From positions 7,955 through 71,954 of the forward strand of contig DCDV01000030.1 of the NCBI GenBank assembly GCA_002316595.1: a DNA stretch of 64,000 nt, written 5' to 3'. The position numbers and the translations under genes are program-made. The number at the start of each line of letters is the position of its first letter. Positions within the stretch are counted from its first letter, which is position 1. Below, piece after piece: positions 53,023-63,396 of the stretch. The notes under the pieces are model-generated. The model ran no database searches. It was not told where the DNA came from and worked only from the letters and a program-made list of their open reading frames with translations. This stretch comes from Mageeibacillus sp. UBA1046 (GTDB lineage Bacteria; Bacillota; Clostridia; Saccharofermentanales; DTU023).

Positions 53023-55022
53023 TGGCTAAGCAAAAACACAATGGAAATAATGCGGCGAAGACGCCTGAAAATAAAGCCGGAAGCCCGCCCAAAACAGACC
53101 GGAGAGCCGGTTTCGACCACTTTGCCAAACCACAGGATACCAAGGCTACATTAAGACGCGTGGCCGAATATGTCGGCAAAAATCGCTGGCGGCTGGTAGT
53201 GGGGCTCTTGCTCGCCGCAGTCGGGGCACTGGGCGGTGTAGCGGGAAATGCTTTTCTGATGCCGATAATAAACGCCTTCGTTTATGAACAAAGTTTCGCA
53301 GCAGCTCTGCCTGGAATTACCGCCATGGCTGTAGTATCTATTTCCGCAGCTGTATGTAATTATTTCGGCTTTCGTCTCATGGCCAAGGTGGCTCAGCGCA
53401 CTACAAACCTGATCCGCCGCGACCTCTTCAGTAATTTACAGGATATGCCGCTCAGTTTTTTTGATACACATAGCCACGGTGAGCTGATGAGCACCTTTAC
53501 CAATGATATCGATAACATCAGCATGGCATTGGATCAGACCCTGGTCAGTCTGCTGACCTCAGGAGTGTCTTTCATCGGCACTGTGATCATGATGCTTGTT
53601 CTAAGTCCGCTAATGACTTTGCTGGTGATAGTGATGGTCGCACTGATGCTTTTTATTATCAGTTTTATTATGAAACGCAGCCGCAAATCCTTTAGAGCCC
53701 AGCAGCATGATCTGGCCAACCTGAACGGGTACATTGAGGAATTGATGCAGGGCCAGAAGGTGGTTAAAGTCTTTAATTATGAAGATAAGACTATCAGCGA
53801 ATTTGATGAGCACAATGAGAAATTACGTCAGGCCTCAACCGATGCGCAGTCTTATTCCGTCAGCATCTTCCCCATCATGGGCAATCTGGGCTTCATACAA
53901 TATGCTATAACGGCTATGTTCGGCGCTCTGCGCATTATCAGCGGACGGATGGATATAGGCACTCTGGCAGCATTCCTGCAATACAGCCGGCAATTTTCGC
54001 GCCCGCTGACTCAGATCTCCAACCAGATAAATGTATTGATTGCAGCCATGGCCGGAGCTGAACGTGTGTTCCATGTTATGGATCAGCCTGCGGAAGTTGA
54101 TGACGGCAAAGTACATCTGGTGCGTGTCGCAGATTCGGAAGCCGAAGTGACTGACAATACAGTCGAGGATCCTCTCCGCGGCACGAAGGATTCTGTGCCT
54201 CTGCTCTATCTGCCCGGAGTAGAAGCAGGCTTGCGTAATTTGGTCTTGGCCGTGCCTGAAGAAGGTGGTCAAACTAAGTATGTGCCTGTCTGCGGAGACA
54301 TACGCTTTGATCATGTGACATTTTCTTATATTGAAGGCCAGCCGGTACTGAGAGATATTTCTCTCTATGCCAAACCTGGTCAAAGGATTGCTTTCGTAGG
54401 TTCTACCGGCGCCGGAAAAACAACGATAACGAACTTGATTAATCGTTTTTACGATGTGCAGGAAGGTGTAATTTATTTTGATGGAATAGATGTAAAGGAT
54501 TTACGCAAGGATCATTTGCGCATGATGCTTGGCATGGTTTTGCAGGAGGTACACCTGTTTACTGACACCGTAGCTGATAATATCCGTTACGGTTATCTGA
54601 AAGCCACCGATGAAGAGGTGGAAACGGCAGCTCAATTCGCAAATGCAGACAGTTTTATCCGTCATCTTCCTGAAGGTTACGACACCATGCTGCATGATAA
54701 TGGCAGAAATCTGTCGCAGGGGCAAAGGCAGCTGATCTCTATCGCCCGCGCCGCAGTGGCTGATCCTCTTGTGCTGATACTGGATGAGGCTACCAGCTCT
54801 GTTGATACCCGTACTGAAAGGCTTATCGAGAAAGGTATGGATAACATGATGGAGGGACGCACGACTTTTGCCATCGCGCATCGTCTCTCTACAGTCCGGC
54901 ACTCTAACGCTATCATGGTCCTGGAACAAGGGGAAATTATGGAGCGCGGAGACCACGATCATCTCATGAGCCTGAAGGGTCGTTATTACGATTTGAATAT
55001 GGGAACAGTCGAGCTGGAATAA
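53022..55022 (+). CDS. ABC exporter permease/ATPase subunit, consensus-site half (Walker B LDEATS)
   Basis: 666 aa. GSTGAGKTT, LSQGQRQL and LILDEATSSVD motifs. A roughly 60-aa insertion lies between the TMD and NBD. The start overlaps the upstream stop (TGATG). Confidence 0.9.
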   Translation: MAKQKHNGNNAAKTPENKAGSPPKTDRRAGFDHFAKPQDTKATLRRVAEYVGKNRWRLVVGLLLAAVGALGGVAGNAFLMPIINAFVYEQSFAAALPGITAMAVVSISAAVCNYFGFRLMAKVAQRTTNLIRRDLFSNLQDMPLSFFDTHSHGELMSTFTNDIDNISMALDQTLVSLLTSGVSFIGTVIMMLVLSPLMTLLVIVMVALMLFIISFIMKRSRKSFRAQQHDLANLNGYIEELMQGQKVVKVFNYEDKTISEFDEHNEKLRQASTDAQSYSVSIFPIMGNLGFIQYAITAMFGALRIISGRMDIGTLAAFLQYSRQFSRPLTQISNQINVLIAAMAGAERVFHVMDQPAEVDDGKVHLVRVADSEAEVTDNTVEDPLRGTKDSVPLLYLPGVEAGLRNLVLAVPEEGGQTKYVPVCGDIRFDHVTFSYIEGQPVLRDISLYAKPGQRIAFVGSTGAGKTTITNLINRFYDVQEGVIYFDGIDVKDLRKDHLRMMLGMVLQEVHLFTDTVADNIRYGYLKATDEEVETAAQFANADSFIRHLPEGYDTMLHDNGRNLSQGQRQLISIARAAVADPLVLILDEATSSVDTRTERLIEKGMDNMMEGRTTFAIAHRLSTVRHSNAIMVLEQGEIMERGDHDHLMSLKGRYYDLNMGTVELE

Positions 55023-55275
55023 TCTCGCCGACAGACTTGTTCTTCTTGAATAATGTTACATATTTTTGGCTGCATATTCATTAGATGCTGTTTTGAGTAC
55101 CAAGTTCCTGATAATCAGGCAGCAGTAAATGGGGGCTTTCAGGGCCTTGATTTTAAGTAAGGGCAAACATAATTGTTGAGGATACACCCTCTTGATTTTT
55201 TGACCGTTGTTAACTGCGGCTCTAGTAAGGTGGATATCAGATGTTTGGAAGACGAGCACATGAGCGGATATTATA

Positions 55276-55304
55276 TTGTTGCTGAAATTTTTAAATGCTA
55301 TAAT
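55276..55304 (+). promoter_or_regulatory. Promoter candidate (TTGTTG-17-TGcTATAAT) for the second peptide ABC operon
   Basis: -35 at 55276..55281 and -10 at 55299..55304 with an extended TG. Implies a leader of about 160 nt. Confidence 0.5.
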
Positions 55305-55474
55305 GCATAAAGTGGTTCGGGCTTTTGGGTGTTGAATATTACTGCGCTGAACACATTATAAATATACGCGTTCCTGTAAATCAGGCGCAGGCATCCCCTG
55401 ACTAATCAGCTCCTGTTCAGCCCGCTGCTACAAGCGTTGCCGCATGTGAATGGTGACAGAAATGGGGTGATTGT

Positions 55475-56410
55475 ATGCTTCGGTATATCGGTAAGCGACT
55501 GCTCCAAATGATTCCGGTACTTATTGGAATCGCCTTTATAATATTTTTTATAATGGATTTCACACCGGGTAATCCTGCCCGTCTTATTCTGGGCCAATCT
55601 GCCACAGCAGAAGCAGTTGAACAATTAACCGAAGAAATGGGACTTAACGATCCTTTTTTCACGCGTTTTTTCAGGTATTTATACAACTCGATTGTACATC
55701 TTGATTTTGGGGTTTCTTACCGCACAATGAAACCTGTTTTTGATGATGTCTTCACCCGCTTTCCGGTAAGTATATATTTGGCCCTTTGCGGCATGGTCGG
55801 TTCCACTTTATTTGGCATACCTCTGGGCGTACTCAGCGCAGTAAAACAATATTCTAAGCTTGATACTGTTGTAAACGTAGTTGCCATGACTATGGTTGCA
55901 ATGCCGCCTTTCTGGGTTGCGATGGTACTTATTCTAGTCTTTTCTTTGTATCTGGGTCTGTTGCCGTCTGCGGGAGCGGCAACATGGCTGCATTACATCC
56001 TGCCTACAATTACCTTGACGCTGGCTAACGGCAGCGCTGTGCTTCGTATCACACGCTCTTCCATGCTGGAGACTATTCGGATGGATTATGTGCGTACAGC
56101 TCAAGCGAAAGGCGTTCCCCGTAAGGTAATAATCTTCAAGCATGCTTTCAAAAATGCGCTTCTGCCTGTAATCACCACAGTCGGGTATATATTTGGCTCC
56201 CTTTTAGGCGGCGCCATAGTCAGCGAAACAGTATTCGCCATGCCCGGACTGGGCTCTTTGATTGTACTCAGCATCAAAATGAAAGATATCCCGGTAGTTA
56301 TGGCAAGTATTATTCTTCTCGCCTTAAGCTACGGTGTGATAATGCTCGTTGTTGACCTGATGTATGCTTTCATCGACCCGCGCATCAAGGCTAAGTATCA
56401 AAGAGGTTAG
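55475..56410 (+). CDS. Peptide ABC transporter permease (DppB/OppB-type)
   Basis: 311 aa. N-terminus MLRYIGKRLLQMIPVLIGIAFIIF and C-terminus DPRIK. Confidence 0.9.
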   Translation: MLRYIGKRLLQMIPVLIGIAFIIFFIMDFTPGNPARLILGQSATAEAVEQLTEEMGLNDPFFTRFFRYLYNSIVHLDFGVSYRTMKPVFDDVFTRFPVSIYLALCGMVGSTLFGIPLGVLSAVKQYSKLDTVVNVVAMTMVAMPPFWVAMVLILVFSLYLGLLPSAGAATWLHYILPTITLTLANGSAVLRITRSSMLETIRMDYVRTAQAKGVPRKVIIFKHAFKNALLPVITTVGYIFGSLLGGAIVSETVFAMPGLGSLIVLSIKMKDIPVVMASIILLALSYGVIMLVVDLMYAFIDPRIKAKYQRG

Positions 56411-57313
56411 GTGGCAGAAGGGATGGCAATGGCAGTGGCTGATAAGAATAAGGGCATTGCGCTGAAACGCAAAGGCAAGGTTAAAGAATTCTGGCGCAGG
56501 TACAAAAAGAATAAAAGTGCCATGGTCGGCCTTGTTTTGTTGCTTTTCATATTGTTTTGCGCTATCTTCGCCAATGTGATTGCGGATGAAGAAGCTGTTA
56601 CACGTCATAATCCGGAAGTCCGCAGGCAGGGTCCAAGCGCTGAGCACTGGTTCGGCACGGATATCTACGGGCGAGATATTTATTCGCGAGTAATATTCGG
56701 TTCGCGCATTTCTCTTACAATCGGTGTATTGTCTGCGGCTTTGTCGTTGTTTTTGGGCGGCATATTAGGTGCAGTATCTGCTTACTTTGGCGGCTGGCTC
56801 GATGATATTATCATGCGTATCATGGATATGCTGATGTCTATCCCTGCTACCTTGCTTGCTCTGACTTTGGTTGCTGCTTTAGGCAGCAGTACTACTAATC
56901 TGGTTATTGCGCTGGCGCTGTCAAATCTGCCCAGCTTCGCCCGCCTGACTCGTTCTTCGATGCTCACGGTAGTAGACTCAGATTATGTAGAAGCAGCAAA
57001 GGCCTATGGTGCCAGAAACGGACACATAATTTTTAAGGAAGTTCTGCCGAATGCCATGGGACCTATCATCGTACAAACCACACAGAGTGTGTCTAATATG
57101 ATTCTCACAGCTTCCAGCCTGAGCTTTCTCGGTGTAGGAGTTCAGGCACCGGCACCGGAATGGGGCGCCATGCTGGCCGAGGCGCGGGAATTCATGCGTC
57201 AGTTCCCCTATATGATAATATCTCCCGGCATCTTCATAATAATCACAGCCCTTTCATTCAATCTGGTCGGCGACGGCTTCCGCGATGCACTCGATCCGAG
57301 ACTCAAGGATTGA
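56411..57313 (+). CDS. Peptide ABC transporter permease (DppC/OppC-type)
   Basis: 300 aa. HWFGTDIYGRDIYSRV motif. The exact start (GTG 56411 or a nearby ATG) is uncertain. Confidence 0.9.
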   Translation: MAEGMAMAVADKNKGIALKRKGKVKEFWRRYKKNKSAMVGLVLLLFILFCAIFANVIADEEAVTRHNPEVRRQGPSAEHWFGTDIYGRDIYSRVIFGSRISLTIGVLSAALSLFLGGILGAVSAYFGGWLDDIIMRIMDMLMSIPATLLALTLVAALGSSTTNLVIALALSNLPSFARLTRSSMLTVVDSDYVEAAKAYGARNGHIIFKEVLPNAMGPIIVQTTQSVSNMILTASSLSFLGVGVQAPAPEWGAMLAEAREFMRQFPYMIISPGIFIIITALSFNLVGDGFRDALDPRLKD

Positions 57314-57343
57314 TCCCTTGAATTGGCTAAGGAGTAAATGCAC

Positions 57344-58375
57344 ATGAGTGAGTATAACTTCGATAGACCTGATAACGACGGCTATGTGCTGGAGATCAAG
57401 GATCTGGAAGTAATCTACGAGACTGATTTAGAAACAGTCCATGCTGTTAACAGTGTCTCCCTTTCAGTCAGACCAGGAAAAACATTTGGTCTGGTGGGAG
57501 AAACCGGTGCCGGCAAAACTACGATGGCCTTGTCTGTTTTACGCCTGCTGCCGGATCGCACCGGCAAAGTAACCAATGGCGAGATACTCTTCAATGGTCA
57601 AAATTTGCTTGAGCTGTCGGATGAAGTTATGCGAAAAGAGATCAATGGAGAGAGGATCTCCATGATTTTTCAAGATCCGATGACTTCTCTGAATCCTATT
57701 ATGAATATTGGCGATCAGATATACGAAGCGCTGAAATATCACAATCCTGAAAACAAGACAAAAGAAGAATTGGAAAAGCGGGTAGAGGATACGCTGGAAC
57801 TGGTAGGCATCTCCAAGAACCGTAAGAATGAGTATCCGCATCAATTTTCAGGGGGCATGAAGCAGCGTGTCATCATTGCTATTGCTCTTGCCTGTGAACC
57901 GGAACTGCTAATAGCTGATGAACCTACAACCGCGCTTGATGTCACTATCCAGGCGCAGGTACTGGCTATGATGAGCGAGCTGAATGAAAAACTGGGTACG
58001 GCTACCGTACTTATTACTCATGACTTAGGTGTTGTTGCCAACATGTGTGATGATGCTGCGGTCATGTACGCTGGTGAAATAGTCGAGATCGGCACGGTAG
58101 AAGACCTATTTGAATCTGAAGATCACCATCCTTATACAGTAGGGCTTTTTGGCTCGATCCCTAATCTTGATGAAGAAACTGACAGACTGCAGCCCATAGA
58201 AGGACTGATGCCGGATCCGACGGCACTGCCGTATGGCTGCCATTTTCAGGAACGCTGCCCCAAATGTTTCGATAGATGCATCAAGGAGCACCCTCAGCTG
58301 CTTAAAATCTCTGACACTCACTTCATTAGATGCCACCTGTTCTCAGATAAGGCTCTGGAGGTGAATCATGACTGA
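57344..58375 (+). CDS. Peptide ABC transporter ATP-binding protein (DppD/OppD-type)
   Basis: From ORF 57338..58375. [17 protein letters not shown] and LIADEPTT motifs. The second ATG (57344) is better spaced from AAGGAG. Confidence 0.9.
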   Translation: MSEYNFDRPDNDGYVLEIKDLEVIYETDLETVHAVNSVSLSVRPGKTFGLVGETGAGKTTMALSVLRLLPDRTGKVTNGEILFNGQNLLELSDEVMRKEINGERISMIFQDPMTSLNPIMNIGDQIYEALKYHNPENKTKEELEKRVEDTLELVGISKNRKNEYPHQFSGGMKQRVIIAIALACEPELLIADEPTTALDVTIQAQVLAMMSELNEKLGTATVLITHDLGVVANMCDDAAVMYAGEIVEIGTVEDLFESEDHHPYTVGLFGSIPNLDEETDRLQPIEGLMPDPTALPYGCHFQERCPKCFDRCIKEHPQLLKISDTHFIRCHLFSDKALEVNHD

Positions 58376-59408
58376 CACTGATTACGGACAAACCCCTTTA
58401 ATTGAAGTCAAGGACTTAAGTAAATACTTTAGTATTGGTAAAAAGTCAAAACTTCACGCTGTGGACAACGTCAACTTTACCATCTATAAAGGCAAGACAC
58501 TGGGAGTTGTTGGCGAGAGCGGCTGCGGCAAATCCACTCTCGGCCGCACCATACTGCGTTTGCTTGAACCTACAAGCGGGCAGATTTTCTTTGAAGGCGA
58601 AGACATTGCTAAATACAGTAAAACACGTATGCGTCACCTGCGCCGTTTCATGCAGATTATCTTCCAGGATCCCTATGCCAGTCTGAATCCACGTAAAACC
58701 GTAGCCGACATTATTGCGCAGCCCTTAATCGTAAATGATGTTTTTGACTCCAAGGCTAAGCTGGCTGAGAGAGTAGCAGAATTGATGGAGATCGTCGGAC
58801 TCGCCACACGATTATCTGATGCATACCCACATGAATTGGATGGCGGACGACGCCAACGAATTGGCGTGGCGCGTGCGCTGGCTTTACGACCAAAGTTCAT
58901 CGTCTGCGATGAGCCTGTTTCTGCTTTAGATGTATCTATTCAGGCGCAGATACTTAATTTATTAATGGATTTGCAAGATGACATGGGGCTGACATATATG
59001 TTCATTACCCATGATTTGTCCGTTGTTAAGCATATATCAGATGATATCTGTGTTATGTATCTCGGACAGATCGTCGAGAAAGCAGCTTCACGCGAACTGT
59101 TTAAAAATCCGCTTCACCCCTATACACAAATGCTCCTTAACGCGATTCTCGTACCCAGCCTTTCGCGGCGGCTGGCTAAAAAAGGTGTTGTCCATGGTGA
59201 GGTAACGAGCCCTATTGATCCTCCCCCCGGCTGTCGTTTTGCTCCTCGCTGTGATTATCGTATGGAGATATGCACTACGGCTGATCCAAAGCTCAGGGAA
59301 GTAACGCCAGACCATTACGCTGCCTGTTATTACGTAGAACAGGAGTTAGGCTTGAATAGTGCTGAGCCGGAGAAACATGGTGAATCCGGTGCAGAAGATA
59401 ATAATTAA
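58368..59408 (+). CDS. Peptide ABC transporter ATP-binding protein (DppF/OppF-type)
   Basis: 346 aa. [17 protein letters not shown] and [11 protein letters not shown] motifs. Overlaps the upstream gene by 8 nt. Confidence 0.9.
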   Translation: MTDTDYGQTPLIEVKDLSKYFSIGKKSKLHAVDNVNFTIYKGKTLGVVGESGCGKSTLGRTILRLLEPTSGQIFFEGEDIAKYSKTRMRHLRRFMQIIFQDPYASLNPRKTVADIIAQPLIVNDVFDSKAKLAERVAELMEIVGLATRLSDAYPHELDGGRRQRIGVARALALRPKFIVCDEPVSALDVSIQAQILNLLMDLQDDMGLTYMFITHDLSVVKHISDDICVMYLGQIVEKAASRELFKNPLHPYTQMLLNAILVPSLSRRLAKKGVVHGEVTSPIDPPPGCRFAPRCDYRMEICTTADPKLREVTPDHYAACYYVEQELGLNSAEPEKHGESGAEDNN

Positions 59409-59491
59409 ACACAGGATTAAAGGAGAATTCTTCACGCGCATTTAATATGGCTTTAAAGGAATTAAAATTGAGACATGCAAGGGGACAAGCA

Positions 59492-60970
59492 ATGAAGATA
59501 CTGATTGGCCATTGCGGACATGAGGCTAACACATTTGCAAGCAGGGTTCTTGACTTTGAAACATTCAAGGATTATAGCAACTGGCTGCAAGGAGATGTGT
59601 TGAAGGAGACCTTCCCGGATACACCAACTTATCTTGGCGGAATGCTTGAAGCAGGGAATGAATTTGATGTCGACATGGTTTTTTCCATTGCTGCCGAAGC
59701 TCCTGCTCCCTTACTCAGCCATGAATGTGCAGAATCTATCCTGGCGGAAATACTTCAGGATGTCAAAGCTGCTCAAGATGGACTGGACGGAATCTGTTAT
59801 ATGTTGCACGGCGCAGGCTGTGCTGAAGGCATTGACGATCTGGAAAGCTATATTTTGCAGAATATCCGCAACATAGTCGGAGACAAGATGCCGATTTGTG
59901 TTCCCCTGGATCTGCATGGGAATATCACTCCGGAGATGGCAAGACTTGCGACATTATTCGGTATCAAACAATATCCGCATGTGGATTGCAAAGAAGCCGG
60001 TCTGCTGGCGATGAAGACTTGTATTGAAAGCATTGAACGAGGGGAAAGCCCGCAAACTGCCTGCATCAGATTACCGCTGCTGATCCCCTGCTCCGCCGGC
60101 TACACCTTTGCTGAACCCTTTACATCTATTCTGACCTTTTTGGAAGAATATAAAAACACTCACAAACTGATAGATGTAACTTTTTTTCATGGTTTCCCTT
60201 ATTGTGACAGAGACATAACAGGAAGCTCTATTGTGGTAACATCCTGGTCTGACCCGAGTGAACACGCTGCAGTGTTAGCAGATTATATCTGGCAGCGACG
60301 AAGTGATTTCACAGCGGAAAGCCTGTCTGCATCGGAGGCCTTGGATCTCGCTGAAGATTCCGCGGCTGCGGGATTTATCGTTATCAATGAGCTCTCCGAC
60401 AATGCCGGCGGCGGCGCGCCAGGTGATGGCACACATCTTCTGCGGGAACTGCTGGCACGCGATCTACCCAAGAGTATTTTTGGTTATATATACGATAAAG
60501 AAGCAGTCACAGAAATTCACAAAGGTAAAGTTGGTGACAAGATTAGTTTCCAGCTGGGAGGCAAGACAGAGCCCATGCACGGTGATCCTCTGTTTATAAA
60601 CAACGCCAGAATCGTCTCTTTGTCTGATGGCGATCATATCTCAACATCGCCTGTACAAGCAGGTGTACCGCACAGCATTGGCCGCTCAGCCAGAGTGCGA
60701 ACAGGTAATGTGGAAATAATAATCGGTTCCAAGTTAACCCAGACCTACGACGACCGACCATTCCTTGTCACGGGAGCCGACATTGAGCAGTATCGCTATG
60801 TCTGTCTGAAATCGGCTCATCATTTCCACGCATATTTTGACGACCGAGCCGGGGAGATTATCCCTTGCGATACCCCGGGAATCGTGTCCGGAAATCTAAG
60901 CGCCTTCAATTACGAACATGTGAAAAGGCCTATATACCCCTTGGATAAAGAAACGGTATTCTTAATTTAA
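59492..60970 (+). CDS. M81 family metallopeptidase (MlrC/microcystinase C-like, DUF1485)
   Basis: From ORF 59447..60970. The family-typical N-terminus MKILIGHCGHEANTF begins at ATG 59492 with AAGGGGA upstream. Size and overall pattern are recalled as MlrC-like. Not verified by search. Confidence 0.7.
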   Translation: MKILIGHCGHEANTFASRVLDFETFKDYSNWLQGDVLKETFPDTPTYLGGMLEAGNEFDVDMVFSIAAEAPAPLLSHECAESILAEILQDVKAAQDGLDGICYMLHGAGCAEGIDDLESYILQNIRNIVGDKMPICVPLDLHGNITPEMARLATLFGIKQYPHVDCKEAGLLAMKTCIESIERGESPQTACIRLPLLIPCSAGYTFAEPFTSILTFLEEYKNTHKLIDVTFFHGFPYCDRDITGSSIVVTSWSDPSEHAAVLADYIWQRRSDFTAESLSASEALDLAEDSAAAGFIVINELSDNAGGGAPGDGTHLLRELLARDLPKSIFGYIYDKEAVTEIHKGKVGDKISFQLGGKTEPMHGDPLFINNARIVSLSDGDHISTSPVQAGVPHSIGRSARVRTGNVEIIIGSKLTQTYDDRPFLVTGADIEQYRYVCLKSAHHFHAYFDDRAGEIIPCDTPGIVSGNLSAFNYEHVKRPIYPLDKETVFLI

Positions 60971-61161
60971 TATGGAAACTGTACTTTTGGGCGCATAATA
61001 GAAGTGAAAGAGTTTACGATCAGCAATATACTTAATTTGGAAGTGTCTTGGACTGCAAAGCAGCAGTTGCCTGCAACAGGCAACTGCTGCCAGAAGTAAA
61101 CTTAACTTAGAAGTATCCGGCAAAAATGCCGGTTGCTATAAAAAGAAAGGAAAGTAACCGC

Positions 61162-62748
61162 ATGACAAACGAGAAAAGTATGATCATGAAGAAACTGGCT
61201 TTGTTGTTGGCTTGCCTGATGCTCTTCGCAGTATTGGCTGCCTGTACATCAAATGGCGAAGACCCAGATGAAACACCAGCCGCTACGGATGAAACCCCGG
61301 GCGAAGGAGATGACAAAGGAGTTAACGTATACGTCGAGGGAATTATCTCTTCACTCGACCCCTATTCCTCTATTGAATATGTTAACTGGTATGTCTGGAA
61401 TCAAATCTACGAGACTCTTGTTACCGTAGATGCTGAAACCGGTGAAATAATTCCAGCTTTGGCCAAAGAACACACAATCTCTGAAGACGGATTGACCTAT
61501 TCTTTCGTCCTTGAAGAAGGTGTCAAATTCCATAATGACGCTGAGCTGAAGGCTCCTGACGTTGTTTTCAGCCTCAATACCGCTATGGAAATGCCGGCTA
61601 TGAGCTCCTGGACAAACATGATGGAAAAGGCTGAGGCAACCGGAGATTACACCTTTGACCTCACACTGAAACGCCAGTATGCCGCTTTGCCGTCAATGTT
61701 GGCTCAGCTGCCAATTGTCAATGAGGCATTCTATTCCAGCAATGACAATCATTACGATATAGCATGCGGCACCGGTCCTTACATGCTGGAAGAAGGCAAA
61801 GTAGATCCTAACACTGAAATCACAGCTGTACGCTTTGACGACTATCGCAAAGGTCCGGCGTCGATCCCCAGCGTAACCTTTAAGGTTATCACCGACGCCT
61901 CTACAGCAACCATTCAGCTGGAAACAGGCGAGCTTGATTTCCTGATGGTTTACAGCGTTTCCAACTATCAGCCGCTGGTTGATACCGGCAACTTTAATTC
62001 CACTCTTGTCAGCGCACCTCATACTGCGTATATATCTATTAACAACACAGTAGAACCCCTTAATAACAAGGCCCTCCGTCAAGCCTTGAACTACGCTGCT
62101 GACAAAGAAACCATTACTTTAGTTGCTTATGAAGGCCTTGCTGTTCCCGCCCGTATGCTCTGTAACGAGACCAGCTTTGGCGCCGACTTCAGTGAGGCGA
62201 CCGACTTCACCTTCGATATTGACAAGGCAAAAGAGAAATTAGCTGAGGCAGGTTTTCCGGATGGCATAAATTTTGACGACTATGACATCGAGCTTGACTA
62301 CATTCCCGGTTCCTACCATGAGAAGATTGCTCAGTCCCTGAAGGAATCCTGGTCACAAGCCGGAATCGAAGTCAGTCTCAGAGCTTCTGAAACCTATAAC
62401 AGTGACAGTGCTGCAGGAACCTACACTCTAGTAACCCAGGGCAGCTCATTCACCGCTGACATGTCCTTTATGGCTACAATGTACGGCACGGAAGGTATAG
62501 ATGCAACCAACTATGCCCGCTACTCCAATCCGGAAGTTGATGATCTCTTCGCTCAGGGAGATGCTACCACCGACAGCGCAGAACGTCTTGCCATATATAA
62601 AGAAATCTGCGAGATAGTAATCGACGACTGTCCGCATATCCCCATCCAGCATAAGCAGATGCCTTTTGTCTGGAACAAGGACCTTGATGCAAAAGTGTAT
62701 CCTTCTAACGACCATCCTTGGTACGTTTATGAGTGGAGCTGGAAATAA
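61162..62748 (+). CDS. Peptide ABC transporter substrate-binding lipoprotein (family 5)
   Basis: From ORF 61126..62748. Lipobox LAACT. SBP_bac_5-type sequence. Start choice among ATG 61162, 61180 and 61186 is uncertain. Confidence 0.85.
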   Translation: MTNEKSMIMKKLALLLACLMLFAVLAACTSNGEDPDETPAATDETPGEGDDKGVNVYVEGIISSLDPYSSIEYVNWYVWNQIYETLVTVDAETGEIIPALAKEHTISEDGLTYSFVLEEGVKFHNDAELKAPDVVFSLNTAMEMPAMSSWTNMMEKAEATGDYTFDLTLKRQYAALPSMLAQLPIVNEAFYSSNDNHYDIACGTGPYMLEEGKVDPNTEITAVRFDDYRKGPASIPSVTFKVITDASTATIQLETGELDFLMVYSVSNYQPLVDTGNFNSTLVSAPHTAYISINNTVEPLNNKALRQALNYAADKETITLVAYEGLAVPARMLCNETSFGADFSEATDFTFDIDKAKEKLAEAGFPDGINFDDYDIELDYIPGSYHEKIAQSLKESWSQAGIEVSLRASETYNSDSAAGTYTLVTQGSSFTADMSFMATMYGTEGIDATNYARYSNPEVDDLFAQGDATTDSAERLAIYKEICEIVIDDCPHIPIQHKQMPFVWNKDLDAKVYPSNDHPWYVYEWSWK

Positions 62749-62831
62749 TTAAGTTACGGCCTATATTTTAGGAATTAGTTAGAGTCTAATGACTGCGGGA
62801 CACAATTAAGCGTCCCGCATGAGAAGTTTAA

Positions 62832-62862
62832 GAACGCCGCGGTTATATCAGCCGCGGCGTTC
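62832..62862. terminator. Bidirectional terminator hairpin between convergent genes
   Basis: GAACGCCGCGG-N9-CCGCGGCGTTC. A second hairpin, TGCGGGAC/GTCCCGCA, lies at 62794..62819. Confidence 0.5.
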
Positions 62863-62895
62863 TACATTTAAAGCAAATCAGTTTATCAGCAATAA

Positions 62896-63198
62896 TCAGG
62901 TGACAAGCGATTTAAAGAGAAAGAATATCACTCCCAAAATAATTAATATACCTAAAATTGCAAGCAGCCAGACCAGGAAGGAAGCCGCCATCATAGGGAT
63001 GAAGTCGCCCTTTTGGTATTGATATGCCTCCTGCTCCTCCTCTGGATTATCAGCAATTGTATCTGCTCCCGCTTCCGGATCAGTCAGCGGATTTTTATCG
63101 GCAGAAATCTCCTGATTCTGCTTTTGCGGAGGGGTTGTATCCTCTTTTTCTCTATTCATTATTTCAATTAGGCGTTCTCTTCTTGACCGCATAAACAT
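62896..63198 (-). CDS. Small hypothetical protein with acidic N-terminal region and a C-terminal TM helix
   Basis: From ORF 62896..63216. ATG 63198 follows GGAGGAA. No recognisable family. Confidence 0.4.
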   Translation of the reverse strand: MFMRSRRERLIEIMNREKEDTTPPQKQNQEISADKNPLTDPEAGADTIADNPEEEQEAYQYQKGDFIPMMAASFLVWLLAILGILIILGVIFFLFKSLVT

Positions 63199-63396
63199 AG
63201 GGCTGCATTCCTCCAACAGGAGCTATTCAAAAATAATCGGTATAGAAAAATAGTATCATATCAACTGTCCGTATGTAATCTATTAGCGTCTCATGAAGGC
63301 AAAAACGTTTCTTCACTTACAATTATCATCATAAACATTTGTGTTCAAATAATAATGATAAGATAAATGGATAAGATAATAATTCGGAGGTTACTT

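Noticed and set aside
55305-55474. Leaders upstream of the ABC operons and of the cysteine-desulfidase gene (also 42470..42586 and 4699..5200), checked for T-box, SAM, lysine, glycine and cobalamin riboswitch signatures
   Set aside because: No conserved core sequences of these classes were recognisable by eye. A covariance-model scan is needed before claiming anything.
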